Below, piece by piece: positions 36,913-45,154 of a DNA stretch of 64,000 bases. Under the pieces are notes generated by a model. That model saw only the letters and a list, made by a program, of their open reading frames with translations, did not search any database and was not told where the DNA came from. Position 1 is the first letter of the stretch. The number at the start of each line of letters is the position of its first letter. The position numbers were made by a program, and so were the translations under genes. The DNA comes from Candidatus Saccharimonadales bacterium (GTDB lineage Bacteria; Patescibacteriota; Saccharimonadia; Saccharimonadales; JAXHNE01), in the NCBI GenBank assembly GCA_041600755.1, contig JBFIJL010000001.1, positions 122,896 to 186,895 of the forward strand, in the 5' to 3' direction.

Positions 36913-37524
36913 TTAGTTTCCGCCCTGCATGCCTCCACGCTTCGGTCCACCGTGTCCGCGGCCAGCTCCAAACATAACATCCTTTAGATCTATGTCATGT
37001 TCCTCTGCCCATGCTTCGAGGGAAGCTTTTACTTCACTTTGTGACGCTTCAAGCTCTGCTAGTTTCTCCTCGATTAAGATCTTTTGCTCGGCAGTAATTT
37101 CGCCGTCGGCGACAGCATCTTCAAGGTCACTTTCTCCACGCGAACCTTGAATAGCCACATATTTAAGGTCGACGCTATTCTCATCTGCCCATGCTTGCAG
37201 TGAATCACGATTTGCCTGTCGTTCGGTTTGCAGCTCTACGCGCTTTTCTTCGATTAAAATCTTTTGCTCGGCAGTAATTTCGCCTGCATCAACTTGTTCC
37301 TGTAGCTTTTCTGAGTAATCAGCGTCTATCTCTGCCTGGCGCAAATCACGCTCTTCATCTAGTACTGCCTGCACCTCGTCTTGACTTAGGTTAAATTTTT
37401 CAGCGATTGTGGCAGCTAAATCCGTACCCCCCATAATATGAGCCGACGCAGCCTGCACTCCCGCACCCATTACTCCTAGCCCAGCAATTGCACCAGTTAC
37501 TAAAAATGTCTTTGTTCGTTTCAT
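36913..37524 (-). CDS. Secreted protein with two ~60-aa internal repeats
   Basis: ATG 37524 with AAGGAG SD, signal peptide MKRTKTFLVTGAIAGLGVMGAGVQAASA, and the repeat GEITAEQKILIEEK...L.AWA.E...DLK present twice. Confidence 0.6.
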   Translation of the reverse strand: MKRTKTFLVTGAIAGLGVMGAGVQAASAHIMGGTDLAATIAEKFNLSQDEVQAVLDEERDLRQAEIDADYSEKLQEQVDAGEITAEQKILIEEKRVELQTERQANRDSLQAWADENSVDLKYVAIQGSRGESDLEDAVADGEITAEQKILIEEKLAELEASQSEVKASLEAWAEEHDIDLKDVMFGAGRGHGGPKRGGMQGGN

Positions 37525-37797
37525 AGCACTCCTTTTTTTATTGCTTATATAAATTTGTCGCACATGCATTTCATTGCCGCTGCAATCTACATGCTCAATT
37601 CGACTGCTGCTTTTTGAGGCAGCATCGCAATACTACCTGCCCAACTTGAGAATTAGCTGAACCCTCTCATGGAAGGGATTAAGCTTGCTTTGCCCTAAAG
37701 CAACTTGCTGGCGACTTTGCATTGAAGTGAGTTAGCATCGGATTTCAAGGAATTATTGTGCGACATATTGGTAAACTACGACTTCGATAATCGTAGA

Positions 37798-37825
37798 TTG
37801 ACATAGTGGCCACTACTGCTATAAT
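37798..37825 (+). promoter_or_regulatory. Consensus promoter with an embedded 12-bp palindrome (candidate ArsR operator)
   Basis: TTGACA-16 nt-TATAAT. The spacer begins with the perfect palindrome TAGTGGCCACTA (37804-37815). Confidence 0.6.
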
Positions 37826-37862
37826 TAAGTAGTTGCTTAAACATTACATTAACAGGGAAGTC

Positions 37863-38153
37863 ATGCAGATACTCAACAGGTCAGATGAAACAACTTTAAA
37901 GCTCATGCAGATATTATCTGACGAGACTCGTTATAGATTGTTCAAAATACTGTCACGAGATGATCAACAATGCGTGAGTGAACTGTCGGCCCTGCTTGGG
38001 ATTTCTACTTCTGCCGTATCGCAACAGTTTCGAATTATGGAACTGAGTGGAATGGTTGCAAAAAAGCGCCACGGCCAGAAAATTTGTTACTTTGTTGATC
38101 AGAAAAGTCCGCTAGTGGCTCAATTTAAGAAACTTCAAGGAGGTTCAATATGA
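37863..38153 (+). CDS. ArsR/SmtB family transcriptional regulator
   Basis: LMQILSDETRYRLFKIL...CVSELSALLGISTSAVSQQFRIM HTH_5 pattern. The track's alternative TTG start is at 37833. Confidence 0.8.
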   Translation: MQILNRSDETTLKLMQILSDETRYRLFKILSRDDQQCVSELSALLGISTSAVSQQFRIMELSGMVAKKRHGQKICYFVDQKSPLVAQFKKLQGGSI

Positions 38154-38503
38154 GCGCAGAATTAGTAACCGCACTCGTCGTTTCTCATGCAATTCATAGC
38201 GCTGGTGAGACCACAAATGTATTATCAAAGTTAACTCGGCTATCCAGCGCGATAGATGGAAAAAAGTTGCCAAAATATCCAATGAATCTCGATACACGAC
38301 CAAAGGCTCTGGCTCTTGGATTTGGCATGACTGCCTTCTTTTGGGCAATATCTTACTTTATTTTACGAGCCATGAACCTCAATGACGAACCTTTGTATGT
38401 CATTGCACTGGTTTCGCTAATTGCGGCAGAAGCATATGGCACCATTCGTTTAGACACATTCCACGTTCGGATTGAACGCATTATTAAAAAGTTTTCAAAA
38501 TAA
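38150..38503 (+). CDS. Hypothetical membrane protein
   Basis: 117 aa with AGGAGG SD, an ATGA overlap with the arsR-like gene, and two TM helices. Confidence 0.55.
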   Translation: MSAELVTALVVSHAIHSAGETTNVLSKLTRLSSAIDGKKLPKYPMNLDTRPKALALGFGMTAFFWAISYFILRAMNLNDEPLYVIALVSLIAAEAYGTIRLDTFHVRIERIIKKFSK

Positions 38504-38512
38504 GGAGAATCT

Positions 38513-38767
38513 ATGTCAGCACCAACAATTACTATCTATAGCACGGCAACCTGCGGGTTTTGCAAAATGCTCAAAGGTTATCTACAGGATAAGGGTATCG
38601 ATTATAATGAGCTCCACGCCGATCAAGATCCAAAAGTTGCTCAAGACCTGTACGACAAAAGCGGCCAGCTGGGTGTTCCGTTTACAATCATCGAGAAAGA
38701 CGGCAAAACCGAGCAAATTCTTGGATTCGACCGAAAGAAAATTGACGAAATTTTGGAGATCAAATAA
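38513..38767 (+). CDS. Glutaredoxin-like protein (NrdH/YruB type)
   Basis: ITIYSTATCGFCKMLK CxxC motif and GVPFTII. 84 aa with AAGGAG SD. Confidence 0.85.
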   Translation: MSAPTITIYSTATCGFCKMLKGYLQDKGIDYNELHADQDPKVAQDLYDKSGQLGVPFTIIEKDGKTEQILGFDRKKIDEILEIK

Positions 38768-39069
38768 TGAAAGCCACATACAACAATCAAGTCATTGCCG
38801 AAGCACCAAAGGAAGATCTTATCTACATTGAAGGCAATTGGTATTTTCCGCTGAGCAGTGTCAAGCAAGAACTTCTTACCAAAAGCGACACACAGTATAC
38901 TTGTCCATGGAAAGGCGACTGTCAGTATTACGACGTAACTGTTGATGGCCAAACTAGCAACGACGCTGTATTCGGCTATCCTAATCCTCTGCCTTCGGCA
39001 ATCGACAGGGTCAAAAAGGACTTCAGCGATCACGTCGCCTTCTGGCAAGAAGTAGTCGTTAGCGAATAG
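38767..39069 (+). CDS. DUF427 domain protein
   Basis: YFP...TCPWKGDCQYYDV...DAVFGYPNP matches the DUF427 core pattern. Confidence 0.7.
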   Translation: MKATYNNQVIAEAPKEDLIYIEGNWYFPLSSVKQELLTKSDTQYTCPWKGDCQYYDVTVDGQTSNDAVFGYPNPLPSAIDRVKKDFSDHVAFWQEVVVSE

Positions 39070-39084
39070 GCGCCCCCTAAAGCA

Positions 39085-39549
39085 TCAAGAGTTTTCGAAA
39101 ATGGTTTGACGCCTAAAGAAAAACTCCATCCAGGCTTCAAAGTTCTGCTGATAGACTGGCTTTTCGGTTGCCTCCAAAGGTGCTTGCTCTGGGCGCTCAA
39201 GCTCCGGAGCGTATTCGTAGGCGACAGATTCGGGCACAAGAAGCACCGTCTCTCCTGGAGCGGCCTTGCTGAACTGTTTTCGTGCAGCGAGCTCTAGAAA
39301 TTGATCAGTTTCGAAGTATTGATTTCGAAGACTCAAGGTATCGTTTTGTAATTTTTTAATCTCATTCTCTTGTTCAAGCCGGGCTAGCTGCTGTTGTAAC
39401 TCATAATTAGTTTGAATAACTCCAACACTGTTCCAGGTAACAAGTAGCGCGATGACAATAAAAATATCAAGGCCAAGTACGCGCACATCACGAAGCCGCT
39501 TTATGTGCTCTACTACAACACTCAAGTATCGTTGCAGCACTTCACGCAC
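39085..39549 (-). CDS. Septum formation initiator (FtsB/DivIC-like)
   Basis: A single TM helix followed by a leucine-zipper-like coiled coil (QQQLARLEQENEIKKLQNDTLSLRNQ) and ETDQFLELAARKQF. Confidence 0.65.
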   Translation of the reverse strand: MREVLQRYLSVVVEHIKRLRDVRVLGLDIFIVIALLVTWNSVGVIQTNYELQQQLARLEQENEIKKLQNDTLSLRNQYFETDQFLELAARKQFSKAAPGETVLLVPESVAYEYAPELERPEQAPLEATEKPVYQQNFEAWMEFFFRRQTIFENS

Positions 39550-39858
39550 TTACTTACTTCCACTCATTTGTGCAAAAGCGAGAATAAATGACAGAAGGAA
39601 TCCTCCTGCCAACAAAACCGTAGCGATCAATTCACCATGCTGAAAATAAATAACCGCAAGAATCAACATAATGGGCACAATAGCGAGCAATCTCTGCAGC
39701 CCACGGACGCCAAGGCTCTGCAGTACGCTGTAAACCAAGAACAATATGCCTCCCACCAACAATAGCGAAACTAAAAATGGCTGCGATGTTACTGTCTCAA
39801 ACGTGGAAATAGGCTCAGATTCATCCGCAAAGTTTAGTGCAAAGTTAGACATAAGCAT
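39550..39858 (-). CDS. Hypothetical membrane protein
   Basis: About 100 aa with three TM helices. ATG at 39858 or 39852; the track's TTG at 39879 lies inside the 21-bp inverted repeat. Confidence 0.5.
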   Translation of the reverse strand: MLMSNFALNFADESEPISTFETVTSQPFLVSLLLVGGILFLVYSVLQSLGVRGLQRLLAIVPIMLILAVIYFQHGELIATVLLAGGFLLSFILAFAQMSGSK

Positions 39859-39873
39859 TAGTATGACATATAG

Positions 39874-39930
39874 ACTCAATAGACAATAGCCCCTGCTCGC
39901 ACTGAGTTAAGGGGCTATTGTCTATTGAGT
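39874..39930. repeat. Perfect 21-bp inverted repeat with a 15-nt loop
   Basis: ACTCAATAGACAATAGCCCCT (39874-94) and AGGGGCTATTGTCTATTGAGT (39910-30). No T-run on either side. Confidence 0.9.
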
Positions 39931-39945
39931 GAAATTGGATGCAAT

Positions 39946-40086
39946 TTAGCAGAATGGGCAATCGCCGTCAGCTTTTTTGGCTTCCATTTTTGCAAGCATA
40001 GCTTTTGCCTCATCGGCCGCGCTCGTGTCTTGCTTTTTGTCTGATTTCTTAGCTTTTGGGGCTTGCTTGTCGCTGAGTCCTAACAT
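39946..40086 (-). CDS. Possible 46-aa Lys-rich protein ending in CPFC
   Basis: Manually translated ORF MLGLSDKQAPKAKKSDKKQDTSAADEAKAMLAKMEAKKADGDCPFC. It reads more protein-like than the antisense F/L-rich track ORF 39977..40165. Confidence 0.35.
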   Translation of the reverse strand: MLGLSDKQAPKAKKSDKKQDTSAADEAKAMLAKMEAKKADGDCPFC

Positions 40087-40246
40087 GCTTGTAATCAACT
40101 TTCTTTTTATGGATCAGCTTAGCTCATTTATATTTGCCAAGCTGATCCTTTTTATTTTTGTTTGAACAATGTGACTTATGTAGTGTATACGATTGCCACA
40201 CTTGTTCTGTTACTTTTTGGTGTTTATATTTGTAAGTAACAATCAC

Positions 40247-40275
40247 AGTATATACCGCTTTTGCTTATTTGTCAA
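40247..40275 (-). promoter_or_regulatory. Promoter directly after the ATPase stop codon
   Basis: The minus strand reads TTGACA-17 nt-TATACT. Confidence 0.45.
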
Positions 40276-40282
40276 TACTATT

Positions 40283-42961
40283 CTAATGAACTGCGTCGTG
40301 TTCCGGGTGAATTAATCTGTTGAGTGCTGGGTTAAGAAGTTTCATGGTAACGAACAGCACCACTGATCCGGCGGCCATAATCACCCAATCATGGGCTTCC
40401 AGTGGACCAACGTCAAAGTATTTCGCAAGTCCTGGCAGATACAAGACTGCAATCTGCAAGGCAAATGAAGAAACCAATGCCACAGTTAGCCAAGGATTCG
40501 CCAACCACTTAATTTTGTAATCTGTCCGGATATCTATAAGACGCACTAGTTCATACACCACCATAGTTGCAAATGCTGCCGAAACAGCCGCAAAATGACT
40601 TTCGCGAGTGCTGTTGTACCAGAACTGACCGATGAGTAGCATGCTCATCAACGAACCAAAGATGATGATTTCTGCCCAGACACGGCTAGTGATAATTGCT
40701 TCCTGGAAACGTTTTGGCTTGGATGACAAAATATTGCTTTGTGACGGGTCGGAGCCAAGTGCCACTGCCGGCAAGCCATCTGTTACGATGTTGATGAATA
40801 GCAGTTGTGCTGCCGTCAAAATCAAATCATTGAATATCAAGATACCTAACACTACCGCTATAACTTCAGCGATGTTGCAGCTAATCAAGAAATTAACAAA
40901 CTTTCGCACGTTATCGAATATACCGCGACCCTCTTCTATCGCGTTCACGATGGTCAAGAATTGATCATCGAGCAAAATAAGGTCAGCCGCTTCCTTGGCA
41001 ACATCGGTTCCAGTGATGCCCATTGCAATACCAATATCAGCTGCTTTGATGGCAGGTGCATCGTTGACGCCGTCGCCTGTCATTGCCACTTGATGACCAT
41101 GCTTCTTGAGAGCCTGAACAATGCGAATCTTGTGTTCTGGATTTACGCGGGCATAGACGCTAATCTCTTCTACCTTGTCTTCAAATTGCGCTTGGGTTAG
41201 GAGGTCAAGCTCTGGTCCAGAAATTGCCTCTCCCTTTAGTCCAATTTCTTTGGCAATCGCCTTTGCGGTCTCAACGTAGTCTCCGGTGATCATCACGACG
41301 CGCATTCCAGCCTCAGCCTGAACACGGTGAATAACCTCAATAACTTCTTTGCGCGGCGGGTCCATCATTGCCTGAAGTCCAACGAACGTCAAACCAGACT
41401 CTACCTTGCCCTTTGGTTCGGTCTTGGAATCTTTAAAAGCAAATGCAAGCACGCGAAGTGATTGAGATGCGTATTCCAAGTTTTGTGTCTTGATTGACTT
41501 CTTGACTGAATCAGTTAGCGCATGCGACTTGCCATCTCTCCCAACGTAGCTTGTACAAACCGCCAGCACTGATTCCAATGCACCCTTCGTGGCAACCGTG
41601 TAAGCATCTTTTCCCTTCACTACAACCGACATCATTTTACGTTCAGATGAAAATGGCACTTCTTTAACTCGGGAATAAGTGGCGTTTAATTTTGAAACAA
41701 GCTGTCCATTCTTGGCGGCCGACACAATCAATGCGCCTTCAGTTGGATCGCCAATGACGGCACCATCATGCAGTGATGAGTTATTGCAAAGTGCTCCAAT
41801 AAACAATAGCTGTTCTAGGTGTTTTGGCTTTTTATCAAACGTTCCTGTCGTTTCGTAACCTTCACCCGTAACATCTACTAAGGTCTCGTTAACCCACGCG
41901 TTACGAACCGTCATTTCTCCCTTGGTGAGCGTTCCGGTTTTGTCAGAACAAATCACATCTGTAGACCCTAGTGCCTCTACAGCTGACAGTTTGCGCACAA
42001 GTGCGTTTTTGCCGGCCATACGCCGCGCACCAAGCGCCAAACTAATACGCACCACAAATGCTAAGCCTTCAGGGATTGCAGCCACCGCAAGCGCAACGGC
42101 CGCAGTGAAGGCAAAAATAAGATGGTGTAGTGTCGACTGGCCCTCCTCCTTGACGAAGAAGAAAATAATCACAAACACCGCTGCACAAATTGCAGCGATA
42201 ACGTAACCAAGCTTTTTGCCAAGGTCATCGAGTTTTTGCTGCATGGGCGTTGCCTCAGTTTCTACATCGTTAACCAGCTGCGCAATCTTACCAATCTCGG
42301 TTTGTTGTGCCGTAGTTACCACCACACCGATGCCCGTGCCACTGGTCAAGAAAGTGCCGGCAAAAAGCATTGATTTTTGATCGCCAAGAGCCAGATTTCC
42401 TCTATAGACTGCCGCATTTTTGCTTACCGGCAACGACTCACCCGTAAGTGATGATTCGTTGGCTTTTAATTCCGTAGCTTCGATTATTCGAACGTCTGCA
42501 GGGATCTTCTGTCCAGCCTCAAGAAGCACGATATCGCCAGGCACCACATCGATTGCCTCAATCTCTACTGTTTCACCACCACGTCGCACGCGTGCTTTAA
42601 AGCCAACTAGCTGCTTGAGCGCTTCAACAGTTTTTTCGGCTTTGTATTCATTAAAGAACCCAACTAAGGCAATCGCAACTACAATCGCTATAATAAGCAA
42701 TGATTCTTTTACACTGCCGCCTTCTTCTAGGAATGCAACGCCAAATGACACTACCGCAGCAACAATTAGCACGATAACGAGAGCGTCTTTAAATTGATTT
42801 ATGAATAGCTGGAATGGATTAATTCGTTTCGAGCCATGCAGCTCATTCTTTCCATATTTCTTAAGGCGATTTCCTGCCTCTGATACCGACAAGCCCTTTG
42901 ACTCATCTACATCTAATTTTTTTACGACCGCTTTTGGACTAAGTTCGTACCACCGTGACAT
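40283..42961 (-). CDS. P-type cation-transporting ATPase (P2/Ca2+-ATPase-like)
   Basis: CSDKTGTLT phosphorylation site, TGDGVNDAPA hinge, and the P2-type N-terminal GLSVSEAGNRLKKYGKNEL. 892 aa. Confidence 0.93.
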   Translation of the reverse strand: MSRWYELSPKAVVKKLDVDESKGLSVSEAGNRLKKYGKNELHGSKRINPFQLFINQFKDALVIVLIVAAVVSFGVAFLEEGGSVKESLLIIAIVVAIALVGFFNEYKAEKTVEALKQLVGFKARVRRGGETVEIEAIDVVPGDIVLLEAGQKIPADVRIIEATELKANESSLTGESLPVSKNAAVYRGNLALGDQKSMLFAGTFLTSGTGIGVVVTTAQQTEIGKIAQLVNDVETEATPMQQKLDDLGKKLGYVIAAICAAVFVIIFFFVKEEGQSTLHHLIFAFTAAVALAVAAIPEGLAFVVRISLALGARRMAGKNALVRKLSAVEALGSTDVICSDKTGTLTKGEMTVRNAWVNETLVDVTGEGYETTGTFDKKPKHLEQLLFIGALCNNSSLHDGAVIGDPTEGALIVSAAKNGQLVSKLNATYSRVKEVPFSSERKMMSVVVKGKDAYTVATKGALESVLAVCTSYVGRDGKSHALTDSVKKSIKTQNLEYASQSLRVLAFAFKDSKTEPKGKVESGLTFVGLQAMMDPPRKEVIEVIHRVQAEAGMRVVMITGDYVETAKAIAKEIGLKGEAISGPELDLLTQAQFEDKVEEISVYARVNPEHKIRIVQALKKHGHQVAMTGDGVNDAPAIKAADIGIAMGITGTDVAKEAADLILLDDQFLTIVNAIEEGRGIFDNVRKFVNFLISCNIAEVIAVVLGILIFNDLILTAAQLLFINIVTDGLPAVALGSDPSQSNILSSKPKRFQEAIITSRVWAEIIIFGSLMSMLLIGQFWYNSTRESHFAAVSAAFATMVVYELVRLIDIRTDYKIKWLANPWLTVALVSSFALQIAVLYLPGLAKYFDVGPLEAHDWVIMAAGSVVLFVTMKLLNPALNRLIHPEHDAVH

Positions 42962-43043
42962 AGCTTTAGTTTCTTTTTACGTTACTGTTGTACTAATGGT
43001 ATAGTGTTTTTATAACATAAGCAAAAAGAGCGTGGGAGATTAT

Positions 43044-44171
43044 ATGGACGTATTAGCATCTGTAGATCTGGAAACACAAATAAGTGAATTAGCAATACGA
43101 ACAGTCGGCATATCGGCCGTAGCACTTGTGGTGTTTATCTTGATCGCAGTCATAGTAAATAAGGCACCCGAGAAAGTACAGAAGTATTTTAAACTTCCGC
43201 TATTTATCGGAATTGCCGGAGTAATGGCCGGAAGTACTTTAATATTGGCAATTAGCACAGTGTATTTGAATGTCAAAAGTGAATCTGGCGGCCCAGTGCA
43301 CTGGCATGCGGGTATCGAATTCTGGGCATGCGGTACTGAGTTCAACCTTCGTGATCCCCAGGGCGCACTTAGCAATAAAGTCGGAACTGCCACATATCAC
43401 GAGCACAACGATAAGTTCATTCACCTCGAAGGCGTTGTCGTAAAAAAGAGCGTTGATGCGTCACTTGATAAATTCATGAGAGTAACCGGTGGATACATTA
43501 CGCCAACATCTGTAGGCATTCCTTTGTCAGAAGATGAAGCAGCCTGGCCAATCACTGGTGACCAACGTGATGGTGATGTTGACAACACGGATCAACTTGC
43601 ACAAGTCACTGGTAATGGCGAACGAATTGGACAATCAGTTGATGGAAACGGTCCTGTACTCCAATTGCAAAATGGCGATCAATGCCCTGACGGCACTGAA
43701 GGTGAAGTGCAGGTCTATGCCTACCGCTTCAATAAAGACGACAACACATACACCCAAGAAAAATTAGAAGATCCAGGTAGCTATATTATGCGTGATGAGT
43801 CTTCGCTTGGACCTCCAAGTGACTGTGTTATCGTCGAATTTGGCCCACGTGCAGCTGCAACCGACAAAATATGTGAACAGTACGGAATCAAGGATGTGGA
43901 AAGGTGCACAGACTTTGGCGTTAAAACGTACAACGACGAACTTTGCTACATACGTGAGATCAACCGACCCGAGGAGGCACAAGATGAAGAGCTTCCTGTG
44001 AGTGATGAAACCTCATCTGAAACATGTTTGTACGACCCAGAGAATCCTACTGACTGCGGTAGCGATACACCAGAAACTAGCCTAAACCAAGATAGCTCAT
44101 GCCTAGCCGAAGAAGAGGCAGATTGTGACGATACAGTAACCGAACCCGCTCAACTGGAGGCGCCAGAATGA
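43044..44171 (+). CDS. Membrane-anchored, Cys- and His-rich exported protein with an acidic tail
   Basis: GGGAG SD before ATG 43044, two N-terminal TM helices, HWHAG/YHEHND His clusters and about 13 Cys. ATGA coupling to the next gene. Confidence 0.6.
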   Translation: MDVLASVDLETQISELAIRTVGISAVALVVFILIAVIVNKAPEKVQKYFKLPLFIGIAGVMAGSTLILAISTVYLNVKSESGGPVHWHAGIEFWACGTEFNLRDPQGALSNKVGTATYHEHNDKFIHLEGVVVKKSVDASLDKFMRVTGGYITPTSVGIPLSEDEAAWPITGDQRDGDVDNTDQLAQVTGNGERIGQSVDGNGPVLQLQNGDQCPDGTEGEVQVYAYRFNKDDNTYTQEKLEDPGSYIMRDESSLGPPSDCVIVEFGPRAAATDKICEQYGIKDVERCTDFGVKTYNDELCYIREINRPEEAQDEELPVSDETSSETCLYDPENPTDCGSDTPETSLNQDSSCLAEEEADCDDTVTEPAQLEAPE

Positions 44172-44872
44172 TAGACTTACCTACCCTTGGACTCGTAATC
44201 GGTTCAGCGGCAATTGATTCAATAAACCCTTGTGCTATTGGAGTGCTGATACTCATGGTCTCAGTTATTCTCGGTCAGGGCGGTGGCACAAAACGCCTAC
44301 TTCTAAATGGACTGGCCTACATTGGTGCAATATTTTTCACCTACCTCATAGCTGGGCTTGGTCTTGTGTACTTCTTTGCAGCGGTTCCAATTGTAATTGC
44401 TGAGTACCTCTCACTGTTCGTAGCTGCCCTTGTTGTGGTTGGCGGTATATTCGAAGTTAAAGATTACTTCTGGTACGGCAAAGGTTATAGTTTGCAGATA
44501 CCAGTGTATTTTGCCAATAAAATTCATGAATATTCTACAACCAAGACCAGCCTGTTTGGCGTCATGTTTCTTGGGGCATTCGTTGCAGCGGTTGAGTTGC
44601 CCTGCACTGGCGCACCATACCTAGCAATCATCACTATCTTGCGCATAGATTTTAATATGGTGGCATTCGGTCTCATGGTGCTCTACAACCTAATATTTGT
44701 CGCTCCGCTCATCATTATCCTATTCATGGTTGCTGGTGGTGCTAAGATTAGCGCAGTATCAAAATGGAAAGAAGAGAGCAAGGGCACCATGCGCCTATTC
44801 ATGGGGCTTCTGTTAGCAGTCCTTGGCTGGATCCTTATTCTCATCGCTAACGGAACGGTAAACTTCGGATAG
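44168..44872 (+). CDS. CcdA/DsbD-like thiol:disulfide electron transfer membrane protein
   Basis: Six TM helices with Cys in TM1 (SINPCAIGV) and TM4 (ELPCTGAPY), the DsbD_2/CcdA pattern. Confidence 0.75.
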   Translation: MIDLPTLGLVIGSAAIDSINPCAIGVLILMVSVILGQGGGTKRLLLNGLAYIGAIFFTYLIAGLGLVYFFAAVPIVIAEYLSLFVAALVVVGGIFEVKDYFWYGKGYSLQIPVYFANKIHEYSTTKTSLFGVMFLGAFVAAVELPCTGAPYLAIITILRIDFNMVAFGLMVLYNLIFVAPLIIILFMVAGGAKISAVSKWKEESKGTMRLFMGLLLAVLGWILILIANGTVNFG

Positions 44873-44875
44873 CCC

Positions 44876-45145
44876 ATGAAGCACATAATCAAACGCGGAA
44901 AACACACTGAGGGATACGACGATCGCAAACTTTATGCAAGTGTTTATGCAGCTTGTTTATCTGTTCGAGAACATCCGGGATCGGCAGAAATAATCGCCAA
45001 CCAGGTTGAGAAAGAAGTTAGCACATGGCTGGGGAAAAAGCACGAAGTTACATCCAATGACCTGAGAAGAGTTGCGCACGACGCACTCGCAGTCATTAAC
45101 CCAGATGCGGCTCATATATATGTACATCATCGGGTAATCTGGTAG
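44876..45145 (+). CDS. Stand-alone ATP-cone domain protein
   Basis: 89 aa. MKHIIKRGKHTEGYDDRKLYASV... matches the ATP-cone start pattern (V.KRdG..e.fd..Ki). Confidence 0.7.
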   Translation: MKHIIKRGKHTEGYDDRKLYASVYAACLSVREHPGSAEIIANQVEKEVSTWLGKKHEVTSNDLRRVAHDALAVINPDAAHIYVHHRVIW

Positions 45146-45154
45146 GAGTTCTCT

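Noticed and set aside
39977-40165. 62-aa F/L-rich plus-strand ORF.
   Set aside because: The T-rich strand yields a hydrophobic artefact. It runs through a hairpin plus T-run, and the opposite strand has a more protein-like 46-aa ORF. Neither is certain.
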